Positions 1 through 8,840 of a stretch of DNA of 64,000 nucleotides are shown here, one piece after another. Every line of letters starts with the position of its first letter. The first letter of the stretch is position 1. Position numbers and translations under genes: made by a program. Below the pieces are notes generated by a model. The model saw only the letters and a program-made list of their open reading frames with translations, searched no databases and was not told the origin of the DNA. The DNA is taken from the NCBI GenBank assembly GCA_002011735.1, contig MTOQ01000011.1, positions 2,761 through 66,760 of the forward strand, in the 5' to 3' direction. Source of the stretch: Nitrospirae bacterium JdFR-81. GTDB lineage: Bacteria > Nitrospirota > Thermodesulfovibrionia > UBA6902.

Positions 1-466
1 TTGGACCATCAGAGCTTTTATTATTTAAAAATTGGCTATTTTCAATAACTATGTCACCCTCTCCCATCTCAAGATAAACCCCTCCGATTACCGTGGCATA
101 GCCCCTTTGAAAGATGATATTTCTAATTGTAATAACCTGGCCAGCGTCTCCCTCGTTATCCGAGTCAAGGTCATTATCAATAAACATTACTCGCACCGTG
201 TCTCCTCCATCAAGGATGGGTAAATTTGATGGAACCTCGGCTTGAATAGTTAAGGAGCCATCACCATCACTTGTTTCATAGGTGAGTGTGGCGGTAAGAT
301 TATAAGTTCCAGGTGCAACATTGATGACATCATCCTCACCATTTGATTGTGCAGTTGTCAGCGCGTTCTGAAACTCCACCGGATTTGAAACATTAAAGAT
401 CGCCCCCTCTGAATAGCCGGTAAAAACAAAAGCCAAACAACATAGAACAAAGAATAATCTCTTCAT
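1..466 (-). CDS. Secreted protein, N-terminal part only (gene continues past window start). Signal peptide, then Gly/Asp/Asn-rich beta-helix-like (choice-of-anchor Q-like) region
   Basis: ATG at 464-466 (reverse complement) is preceded by AAGGAGGGAT RBS. It translates MKRLFFVLCCLAFVFTGYSEGAIFNVSNPVEFQNALTTAQSNGEDDVINVAPGTYNLTATL... with a hydrophobic signal peptide. The frame is open to position 1. It is absent from the ORF track only because it runs off the window. Confidence 0.6.
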   Translation of the reverse strand, partial: MKRLFFVLCCLAFVFTGYSEGAIFNVSNPVEFQNALTTAQSNGEDDVINVAPGTYNLTATLTYETSDGDGSLTIQAEVPSNLPILDGGDTVRVMFIDNDLDSDNEGDAGQVITIRNIIFQRGYATVIGGVYLEMGEGDIVIENSQFLNNKSSDGP

Positions 467-733
467 GATATCCCTCCTTCTTCAAGGATGGATTAGCCAG
501 AATACCAATATCTTGAACTTCCTCCCCCATTTTAAATTAATTATAGTATATCGTAAGGTCAATAAGATAAGGTGAATATAACAAAGATCCCTGCGGGTTA
601 ATGGTGCAGAATGGATGAGTGTGATCTGAATCACATTAATTTTTTCATATTTTTCTTGACAATAACTCTTAAATATGATTCAATTTTAAAGGTGTAATTA
701 AATCTTTAAATCTTAAAGAGAAAGGGGAAAAGG

Positions 734-2623
734 ATGAGGAAAATAGGCTATCTTCTCATGATACTCTTACTCATATCATGTGGGAGCAACATGACCACAT
801 CCACCAACCAGGACACAGGAACGGTCAGTGCCACCGGACAGAGTGGCACGGTTGAGAGACCCCGGATCACCGTTCAGTCGATCCTCTCAAATATGGCAAG
901 GGGAGAGTATGTCAAGGGTGAGGTGCTTGTGAAGTTCAAACCTGACGCACCCTCAGGCGTTATATCCGATCTGCATCAGAGAGTTGGTGTGGCCTCAAGG
1001 AAAGTGGTTGGCACGGTGCCAAACCTTGAGCGTGTCAGGCTTCCTGAGGGCGTTTCTGTAGAGGATGCAATAATTCAATATATGTCTGATCCAAATGTCG
1101 AATATGCAGAACCAAACTATATCATTCGTACATTCACCATGCCAAATGACACATACTTCCAGCCGAATCAGTGGGCCCTGCACAACACAGGCTCCTATGC
1201 AGGTGGCACACCTGACGCTGATATAGATGCCCCGGAGGCATGGGATACAACCACAGGGAGCAGTAATATAATCATTGCCATTACTGACACGGGCGTGGAT
1301 TACAACCACCCTGACCTTGTCGGGAATATATGGATAAATGAGGATGAGGACTGTAATGAAGAGGCAGGCGCCGAGGATGACGATGACATGAATGGATATG
1401 TGAATGACTGTGTGGGATGGGACTTTACAACCTGTGAGAGATATGTCTATGACGAAGAGAATATGGAATGGATCTGTGATGAGGCCAAAGACCCGGACAG
1501 TGACCCCATGGATGAACACGGGCATGGCACACATGTAGCAGGGATCATAGGGGCAAAGGGGAACAACGCGGAGGGCATAGCAGGCGTGATGTGGAATGTG
1601 AGACTGATGGCGCTGAGCTTTCTGAATGCACAGGGCGTTGGAGACATCGAGGGTGCTGTGAATGCCATAGAGTATGCGGTATCAAACGGCGCAAGGATCA
1701 TAAATGCAAGCTGGGGGAGCTATGATTATTCCTATTCGCTATATGAAGCCATAAGCACTGCCAACAGTGCAGGGGTCCTCTTCATAGCCGCTGCTGGCAA
1801 CGAGGAGAACAACAATGATGCAGAGAGCCCATTGTATCCTGCAAGCTATAACCTGCCGAATATAATAGCCGTTGCAGCAACCGACCAGAACGACATGAGG
1901 GCACACTTCAGCAATTATGGCCTGAGTTCTGTTGATGTTGCTGCACCTGGTGTATACATATTCAGTACTGTCCCGATATGGTGGAGTGGCTATCCAGGCT
2001 ATGGAGAGGTGGAGAGGTTCTCAGGCACCTCCATGGCAGCGCCCCATGTGGCAGGCATTGCAGGACTCATCTATAGCCATTATGATGGCGTCCATAATAC
2101 CGCCTTCACCTATACACAGGTCAGGGATACGATCCTGAGATATGTGGATATCCTCCCCTCACTGCAGGGGTGGATAAAGACAGGCGGAAGGGTGAACGCC
2201 CATCTTGCTGTCGCCTCACTGCTCATACCCACAGACCTCACGGCCATAGCCCAGTCACCAACAGAGGTAACCCTCTCATGGACGGACAACGCTACCGGAG
2301 AGGACGGATACATCCTGGAAAGAAGGACCACCGACGGGAACTTCTCTGTGATCGCAGATCTACCGCCTGACACCACCACATATACTGACACAGACCTCTA
2401 CCCACTAACCACCTATATCTACAGGATAAAGGTATACAACAATATCTCTGAGTCATTCTATTCAAACGAGGTATCTGTCACAACCCCTGAGACAGAGCCA
2501 AAGAGGGGCGGAGGCGGAGGATGCTCGCTTGTGACAGGCCCATCTGATCAGCCTGTCGATATAGCAATACTCCTGATACCAGCCCTGACCATACTTATCG
2601 CGCTGCGGAGAAAGGGAAGATAA
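734..2623 (+). CDS. S8 family subtilisin-like serine peptidase. Lipoprotein-type signal, I9-like propeptide, catalytic domain with an acidic Cys-rich insert, FN3-like domain, C-terminal Gly5-Cys/TM/basic sorting tag
   Basis: Catalytic triad motifs DTGVDYNHPDL, HGTHVAG and GTSMAAPHVAG are present. The N-terminus is MRKIGYLLMILLLISCGS (lipobox). RBS AAAGGGGAAAAGG lies before the ATG. The protein ends ...KRGGGGGCSLVTGPSDQPVDIAILLIPALTILIALRRKGR. Confidence 0.9.
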   Translation: MRKIGYLLMILLLISCGSNMTTSTNQDTGTVSATGQSGTVERPRITVQSILSNMARGEYVKGEVLVKFKPDAPSGVISDLHQRVGVASRKVVGTVPNLERVRLPEGVSVEDAIIQYMSDPNVEYAEPNYIIRTFTMPNDTYFQPNQWALHNTGSYAGGTPDADIDAPEAWDTTTGSSNIIIAITDTGVDYNHPDLVGNIWINEDEDCNEEAGAEDDDDMNGYVNDCVGWDFTTCERYVYDEENMEWICDEAKDPDSDPMDEHGHGTHVAGIIGAKGNNAEGIAGVMWNVRLMALSFLNAQGVGDIEGAVNAIEYAVSNGARIINASWGSYDYSYSLYEAISTANSAGVLFIAAAGNEENNNDAESPLYPASYNLPNIIAVAATDQNDMRAHFSNYGLSSVDVAAPGVYIFSTVPIWWSGYPGYGEVERFSGTSMAAPHVAGIAGLIYSHYDGVHNTAFTYTQVRDTILRYVDILPSLQGWIKTGGRVNAHLAVASLLIPTDLTAIAQSPTEVTLSWTDNATGEDGYILERRTTDGNFSVIADLPPDTTTYTDTDLYPLTTYIYRIKVYNNISESFYSNEVSVTTPETEPKRGGGGGCSLVTGPSDQPVDIAILLIPALTILIALRRKGR

Positions 2624-2785
2624 TCGAAGCTGAAGACGGCACGGGAGAAGGCATTATATACATACGCCATCCTTCTGATCCTGGTAATCATCCACTATGC
2701 CTTCTCCCGTGGCCTTTTTAAATACCTCATCCCCCTGTTCCTCGCAGTCACCCCCTATCTGATCCAGAAAAGGGTAAATATAAGG

Positions 2786-3187
2786 GTGAATCAGAGGGAT
2801 ACCCTGATCGGCCTGCTGGTCTCGTTCATCATACTCCTACCATCTCTGGTGTATCTGATATCCCACAGCGGTGATATCACCCTGCCCTCTATGGAGGTCA
2901 TCCTCTTCCACCTCTTTATCGTCTCGATACCGGAGGAGATATACTTCAGGGGGTTTCTTCAGGAGGTCATCGGCAACAACATAAAAGGGGTCGTTATGGT
3001 GAGCGTCCTCTTCTCCATCATCCACCTGCCCAAACTCATATTTGACGGTGACTTATCCTCGGCCCTCACATTCTTCCCCTCACTCGTCATGGGCTATCTC
3101 TATATGAAGACCTCAAACATCCTCCCCTCTGTCATCTTCCACTTCACGGCAAACATCGTATTCACCATGCTCCTGCTCATCTCGTAA
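2786..3187 (+). CDS. CPBP family (CAAX protease / Abi-like) intramembrane metalloprotease. True N-terminus may lie upstream
   Basis: CPBP motifs EEIYFRG (EExxxR), FSIIHL (FxxxH) and HFTAN (HxxxN) sit in predicted TM segments. The annotated start is GTG. The same frame is open back to 2624 and encodes two further hydrophobic helices, but with no ATG/GTG/TTG. Confidence 0.7.
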   Translation: MNQRDTLIGLLVSFIILLPSLVYLISHSGDITLPSMEVILFHLFIVSIPEEIYFRGFLQEVIGNNIKGVVMVSVLFSIIHLPKLIFDGDLSSALTFFPSLVMGYLYMKTSNILPSVIFHFTANIVFTMLLLIS

Positions 3188-6100
3188 ACAGGCCCTTTAT
3201 ATCCTCCATTATCCTGTAGCCACACGGCACCAGCACAAGGGTTATCAGGGTGGCAAAGAGTACACCTGACGCAAGGGTCAGCGCCATCGGAATCAAAAAC
3301 CTTGCCTGGACACTCCTCTCCGTGATGATGGGTATGAGGCCTGCAAAGGTCGTGAGGGTTGTGAGTATAACCGGCCTGAACCTCACAGAGGTGCCCCTGA
3401 TTATCGCATCAAATGTCTCAAGGCCCTCCCTTCTCAACCTGTTTATCTCGGCAAACAGTATGAGGGAGTCATTCACCACAACACCCGACAGGCCCACCAC
3501 ACCAAAGAGGCTCATTATACTGAGGTTCATGCCCATCACCATATGACCAAAGATGGCACCTATTATCCCGAAAGGTATGGCAGACATTATCACCACAGGC
3601 TGTCCAAAGCTCCTCAGGGGTATAGCGATCAGTGTGTATATAAGGATGAGTGCTATGACAAACCCCCTCATCACATCTGCCATCGACTCCCTCTGTTCCT
3701 TGCCCTCACCTGCAATGGTATACCTGAGGCCAGGATAACGGTCTTTCAACCGTGGAAGGATGTTCTCCTCTATCTCCTTCCTCAGCTCGTTTGCATTCAT
3801 AACATTCTCATCCACCTCTGCACTCACCGTCACTATCCTCTTGCGGTCGCGTCTCGTGATGGTAACATAACTGCGAGACTTCTTTAGAACCGCAACCTCT
3901 GAGAATGGCACCTCCCTGCCGTCAGGTGTTCGGATATACATCCTCAGGAGGCTCTCAAGGTGCCTCCTCTCCTCCTCAGGATACCTCACAAGCACCTTGA
4001 CCTCATCCAGCCCCCTCTGTATCCTCAGTGCCTCAACACCATAAAAGGCCGCCCTTACCTGCTGGGCAAGCTCAGAGAGGGTTATGCCAAGGCTCCTGGC
4101 AGAGGGCCTGAGCGAAAGACGGATCTCCTCCTTACCAGGGATGTAACTGTCCTCTATATCATATACACCGGGATACCTCTTGAGCTCTGCCTTCAGATCC
4201 TCCACGGCCCTGTGCAGGGCCTCCTCATCATGCATGGTGAGGTCAAAGGAGACGGCCTTCCCTGCACTGAATAGCTCACTGTAAAAACGAACACTCTCCG
4301 CACCGTGAACCTCTCCCACCTTCTCCCTCCACATCTTTGTAACCATTGATGTGCTCAGTTCCCTGCGTTTCTCAGAACCGATCAACTGGACGATCACCTG
4401 CCCCACATGGCTCCCGCTGGGTGAGGGGCTCGTGCTACTCCGATGACCCATGGGTATCTGGGAACCGAGGATGGAGTAGGTGTATCTGATGAGTGGCTCC
4501 GAGTGATCGTTCCTCATCCTCTCAGCCTCTTTGGCTGCCTCGATGGCTGCACGCTCCACCCTCTCGATCACCCTCAGGGTCTTGCTGTATGGTGTGCCTG
4601 GTGGCATGGTCACCTCACATATCATGCGATCGCTCTCAACCTTTGGGAAGAAGGTAAACTTTATCCTTCCCCCGAACCACAGCCCCAGTGACAGGATAAG
4701 GATAGAGAGCCCTGTTGCAATGGTCAGGTATCTCCATTCAAGGGCAAGCCTGAGGCCCTTTCTGAACGGTCCCTCAACAAAACCCCTGATACAGTCTGAC
4801 ACAAACCTCTCCTTCCTGCCCTTCGTGGGAGGAACCCTTGTCCTTGCAAGATGGGCAGGTAGCACGAGCAACGCCTCGATCAGTGAGCCTGAGAGCACGG
4901 CGATCACCACTATGGGGATGTTCTTTATGACCTTTCCCATCACACCACTGCCAAGCAGTAGCGGCCAGAACGCAGCGATCGTGGTCAGCACAGAGAACAC
5001 CACGGGCACCGCAACCTCCATCGTCCCCTCCACTGCTGCACGGAATGCAGGCATGCCCTCCTCACGCTTCCTGAAGACACTCTCTCCCACCACTATCGCA
5101 TCATCCACCACTATGCCGAGCACCATGATAAAGGCAAACAGGCTTATCATGTTGATTGATACATCATAAAAGGGCAGTATGGCGAGCCCGAAGGCAAATG
5201 CTATGGGGATGCCAAGGGTGATCCAGAAGGAGAGCCTCCTGTTGAGGAATAGGCCGAGGACGAGTATTACGAGCACCATACCATAGGACATGTTCTTGAG
5301 AAGTAGCGAGAGCCTTGCCTTGAGTATCTCCGAACGATCGCCGAATGTATCGACATGGATACTTGGAGGTAGCGTTGGGCGTAATTTGGCTATATACTCC
5401 TTAACCTCTGATGCCACGGTCAGGGCATTCTCCTGCCCTATCCTGTAGACCAGTATGCCAACAGATGGAAGGCCGTTAAACCTTGAGCCCCTCTCGTGCT
5501 CCTCAAAGGTGTCCTTTATTGTGGCTATGTCCGAGAGCCTGACCTCTGCACCATCAGGCCTGCTGAGAATGACGATGTCCCTGTACTCAGATGCACGATA
5601 CCTCTTCCCCTTTGCCCTCAGCAGGATGTATCCTGCACCCTCCTTTATCTCACCACCACCAAGATCAATACTCCACCTCCTGACGGCCTGTGCAACCTCA
5701 TTAAGCGTCAGATTATACTTGCGGAGGTTCTCCTCTGGTATCTCTATAGATATCTCCGGACCGGTCACCCCGAAGAGCTCTGCCTGTGTAACATGTGGCA
5801 GTCCTGCTATATCATCCCTTATCCTCTCGGCGTATTCCTTGAGGATGTGAATCGGCGCATCACCATAAACAGCCACATTCAGCACAGGCGCCTTGAAGAC
5901 GAACTTCTTTATCACGGGCCTCTCGGCATTCTCGGGCAGTGTGGTTAAACGGTTTATCTCTGACTTTATATCATCAAACAATTTATCAACATCCCAGCCC
6001 TTTACTGCCACAACCTCTATTATGGCCACACCCTCTGATGCGTATGCATTGACCTCCTTCACCCCATCAAGCCCTGAGACGGCGTCCTCGACCTTCTTCA

Positions 6101-6296
6101 CCACCCCCTCCTCAACCTCTCCAGGAGAGGCCCCAGGATACAGGACCGTAACCGTCACCTTGTCTGCTGCGGTCTCGGGGAATATCTCGACCTTTGCGTT
6201 TATGGCCATGAGCAGGCCCACAAGCAGGACAAAGGCCATGAGGAGGTTCGCTGCCACATGATTCTCTGTAAACCACGAGATCAGTTGCCTCATCAC
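3177..6296 (-). CDS. RND family efflux transporter permease (AcrB/CzcA superfamily)
   Basis: 1039 aa with 12-TM architecture and two large periplasmic loops. Typical RND N-terminus MMRQLISWFTENHVAANLLMAFVLLVG. Overlaps the upstream MFP gene by 4 nt. Confidence 0.9.
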   Translation of the reverse strand: MMRQLISWFTENHVAANLLMAFVLLVGLLMAINAKVEIFPETAADKVTVTVLYPGASPGEVEEGVVKKVEDAVSGLDGVKEVNAYASEGVAIIEVVAVKGWDVDKLFDDIKSEINRLTTLPENAERPVIKKFVFKAPVLNVAVYGDAPIHILKEYAERIRDDIAGLPHVTQAELFGVTGPEISIEIPEENLRKYNLTLNEVAQAVRRWSIDLGGGEIKEGAGYILLRAKGKRYRASEYRDIVILSRPDGAEVRLSDIATIKDTFEEHERGSRFNGLPSVGILVYRIGQENALTVASEVKEYIAKLRPTLPPSIHVDTFGDRSEILKARLSLLLKNMSYGMVLVILVLGLFLNRRLSFWITLGIPIAFAFGLAILPFYDVSINMISLFAFIMVLGIVVDDAIVVGESVFRKREEGMPAFRAAVEGTMEVAVPVVFSVLTTIAAFWPLLLGSGVMGKVIKNIPIVVIAVLSGSLIEALLVLPAHLARTRVPPTKGRKERFVSDCIRGFVEGPFRKGLRLALEWRYLTIATGLSILILSLGLWFGGRIKFTFFPKVESDRMICEVTMPPGTPYSKTLRVIERVERAAIEAAKEAERMRNDHSEPLIRYTYSILGSQIPMGHRSSTSPSPSGSHVGQVIVQLIGSEKRRELSTSMVTKMWREKVGEVHGAESVRFYSELFSAGKAVSFDLTMHDEEALHRAVEDLKAELKRYPGVYDIEDSYIPGKEEIRLSLRPSARSLGITLSELAQQVRAAFYGVEALRIQRGLDEVKVLVRYPEEERRHLESLLRMYIRTPDGREVPFSEVAVLKKSRSYVTITRRDRKRIVTVSAEVDENVMNANELRKEIEENILPRLKDRYPGLRYTIAGEGKEQRESMADVMRGFVIALILIYTLIAIPLRSFGQPVVIMSAIPFGIIGAIFGHMVMGMNLSIMSLFGVVGLSGVVVNDSLILFAEINRLRREGLETFDAIIRGTSVRFRPVILTTLTTFAGLIPIITERSVQARFLIPMALTLASGVLFATLITLVLVPCGYRIMEDIKGLFTR

Positions 6297-7489
6297 CTGC
6301 CCTCTTCCGTCCTGACCTTCATCCCCTCTGATGCCATCGGAGGGGGTGTGAGGACCACCCTATCACCATCTTCAAGACCACCCTTTATGATGTATCCACC
6401 GTCCCTTGAACCAGCGATCTCGACCATCCTCCTCCTCAGGCCTGCCTCATCATCCACCAGCCATACAAACGGTCTGCCATCGCCTGTCCACTGAACCGCC
6501 GCCCTGTCAAGGAGCACCGCACCATTGACGACCCTCCCCTTTATCCTCACCCTCACAAATGCCCCGACAGACAGGGGTGGCATGGTGGCATAGGGATTCC
6601 TCACCACCACAACAACAGGTATGGTCCTTGTCCTCCTGTCGATGATCTCCGCCCTCTCGATCCATCCCTCCCACTCATAGGGCCTGCCACCAAACCTTGC
6701 CTCAACCTCTGCATCCGAACCCCTGCCACCCTCTGTGTTAAAGCCAGGTATCTCTATATAGCGCGTATCCCTTTCATTGAGGCTCACCCTGATCTCAACC
6801 CTCTCATCAGAGAAGACCTCGGCCACTGACTGCCCTGCCCTCAGATACTGGCCTGCGTCAAGGTTCTCCGAGATCACCACACCACTGAAGGGTGCCCTTA
6901 TCTCCGTCCTCTGAAGATCAAGCCTCGCCCTCTGAAGGGACGCCCTTGCCGCCTCAATGGCAGCCTCTGTCGCCTCTATGTCAGGTATCCTGAGGAGGAG
7001 TGGAGGGGGATCGGCACCAGGGTCCACCTCCCTCCACTCCTCCTCTGCCTCCTTTGACTCCTCCTGTAACTGATGGAGCCTCGCCTCCTGCCTCTTCAGC
7101 TCTGCCTCTGCGGCCTTCAGTGCAGCGATGTAATCCGAGTCATCGATCTTTATGAGTAGCTCGCCCTTCCTGAACCTACCGCCCCTGACCAGGTTCTCAG
7201 AGACATACAGGGCCTTCCCGGAGACCTCCGGGACGAGCTCTATCCTCCTTGATGGCTCCACCGTCCCATCGGCATCCACAAACACCCTTACAGGCCCTGT
7301 CCTGACCGTCTCGACCCTCACCAGTGGTGCCACCTCACGGGCCTCCACCCTCTCTATCCTTGGCTTTGTGGCGATAAGTCCCCTGGCTATGAGCAATCCT
7401 GTCGAGACTATGACAACAACAAGAACAAACTGTATTAATCCCTTACCCCATCCCTTCATACAAACCCTCCTTATCCGTCCATGTGCCAC
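6293..7489 (-). CDS. Efflux RND periplasmic adaptor subunit (membrane fusion protein, HlyD/AcrA family)
   Basis: 398 aa with an N-terminal TM anchor, a coiled-coil hairpin (ELKRQEARLHQLQEE...LDLQRTEIRAPFSGVV) and a beta-barrel. Sits in the operon with the RND pump and the outer-membrane factor. Confidence 0.85.
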   Translation of the reverse strand: MAHGRIRRVCMKGWGKGLIQFVLVVVIVSTGLLIARGLIATKPRIERVEAREVAPLVRVETVRTGPVRVFVDADGTVEPSRRIELVPEVSGKALYVSENLVRGGRFRKGELLIKIDDSDYIAALKAAEAELKRQEARLHQLQEESKEAEEEWREVDPGADPPPLLLRIPDIEATEAAIEAARASLQRARLDLQRTEIRAPFSGVVISENLDAGQYLRAGQSVAEVFSDERVEIRVSLNERDTRYIEIPGFNTEGGRGSDAEVEARFGGRPYEWEGWIERAEIIDRRTRTIPVVVVVRNPYATMPPLSVGAFVRVRIKGRVVNGAVLLDRAAVQWTGDGRPFVWLVDDEAGLRRRMVEIAGSRDGGYIIKGGLEDGDRVVLTPPPMASEGMKVRTEEGR

Positions 7490-8840
7490 CGAGGGCCCTG
7501 TAGAGGAATACCCTGTTTGTCAATATCCCTGTCTCGACGTCAATAAGCCTCTCCCTGGTCTGGAACAGCCTCCTCTCAAGCTCAAGCACCCTCAGCAGGT
7601 CAACGAGCCCCCTCTGATACCTCGACATGGAGACATCATATGTCTTCTTGACCTGTTTAAGTAACCCCATGAGGCGATCCCTCTCCTCATAAAGCCTCTG
7701 CCTCTTCATCAAAGCATTCTCCACCTCGTAGAACGCCTGAAGCACCGTCTTTGCATAAGAGATGATCGCCTGACGATACCTTGATAGTGCCGCCTCCTCC
7801 GAGGCCCTGAGCCTGCCTGCATCGAACAGGGGGGTGAGTATCCCTGCCGAAACCTGCCATATCACGCTCTCGGGCCTGAAGAGGCTGTGAAGTGCATCGC
7901 TTGACCAGCCGTATCTACCCGTAAGGGTTATCTGTGGAAACCTCTTTGCCCTCGCCACCTTGAGCTCCTCAAAGACAGCCTCCATCCGTGCCCTCTCCTC
8001 CCTCAGATCAGGCCTCCTGAGCAGGAGGTCTGATGGAAGCCCTGCACCGATCGGCTCCAGTCTGCCAATATAATCGGCATCTATATCCCCCAGCTCTATC
8101 TCATCAGGATACCTGCCTGCTATGATGGATATCCTCTGCGATAGCTCCATCGCCTGTCTCCTGAGCGCAGGGACCGCCACCTCTGCCTCTGACAACTGGG
8201 TCTCTGCCTGGAGCAGATCCAGATAGGACGCAAGGCCCCTCCTGTATCGGCCCTTGATAATCCTGAGCGTCCTCTTAAGATTCTGGACCCTCAGGTGTGC
8301 AAGCTCGATCTTCCTCTCAAGGCCGATCCTCTGGAAATAGAGGCCCACAAGGTCTGCAATCACCGTGTGGATGACCGTCCTCCCTGCCTCCATCGAGGAG
8401 ACCAGCCTCTCACGGGATGCCCTTTCGGCAGAAGAGAGCCTCCCCCAGATGTCAAGCTCATACGAGGCAACAGGGGTGAGGCTGAATGCATCGAAGATGT
8501 ATGAACCACCCTGAGGCATGGAGAGAGACTGCCTCTGCCTGCTCAGGTCTGCCTGGAGATTGACGGTTGGGAATAGGTCAGCCCTGCTTATACCAAGACC
8601 TGCCCTTGCCTCGATCACCCTCTCGGTGGCAAGACGGATGTCATGGTTGCTCTGCAGGGCCTCCTCAACCAGCCCATCCAGCACAGGGTCGTTGAAGTCC
8701 TGCCACCACCTGCTCAGCTCAGGCGCCGTGCCTGATGGTGCATTCTTAAATGCCCCTGGGACATCAACCCCTGCCTCCTCCCTCACAACATGGGCACACC
8801 CGATGATCACCAGTATCAATAAGACCGACAGGTATCTCAT
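7443..8840 (-). CDS. Efflux outer-membrane factor lipoprotein (TolC/NodT family)
   Basis: 465 aa with lipoprotein signal MRYLSVLLILVIIGCAH and two tandem TolC-type coiled-coil repeats. First gene of the tetR-adjacent efflux operon. Confidence 0.85.
   Translation of the reverse strand: MRYLSVLLILVIIGCAHVVREEAGVDVPGAFKNAPSGTAPELSRWWQDFNDPVLDGLVEEALQSNHDIRLATERVIEARAGLGISRADLFPTVNLQADLSRQRQSLSMPQGGSYIFDAFSLTPVASYELDIWGRLSSAERASRERLVSSMEAGRTVIHTVIADLVGLYFQRIGLERKIELAHLRVQNLKRTLRIIKGRYRRGLASYLDLLQAETQLSEAEVAVPALRRQAMELSQRISIIAGRYPDEIELGDIDADYIGRLEPIGAGLPSDLLLRRPDLREERARMEAVFEELKVARAKRFPQITLTGRYGWSSDALHSLFRPESVIWQVSAGILTPLFDAGRLRASEEAALSRYRQAIISYAKTVLQAFYEVENALMKRQRLYEERDRLMGLLKQVKKTYDVSMSRYQRGLVDLLRVLELERRLFQTRERLIDVETGILTNRVFLYRALGGTWTDKEGLYEGMG

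Noticed and set aside
32-223. 63-aa plus-strand ORF at the window start
   Set aside because: It lies antisense to a much longer minus-strand ORF (1-466) that has an RBS, a signal peptide and a coherent domain-like sequence. It is a shadow ORF.
995-2391. Several 66-179 aa ORFs on both strands inside the subtilisin gene
   Set aside because: They are embedded in or antisense to a gene with unambiguous catalytic motifs. Their composition is Cys/His/Arg-rich, as is typical of out-of-frame translation.
4443-6494. Many plus-strand ORFs (78-212 aa) across the RND pump gene. Similar nested ORFs occur inside trkA (24027-24740), rpoD/dnaG (29959-30666), pcrA (34876-35508), murF (55879-56547), murE (57243-57950) and elsewhere
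   Set aside because: All are antisense or alternative-frame ORFs inside long, well-supported genes. Low-complexity Ser/Pro/Arg-rich translations indicate non-coding frames.
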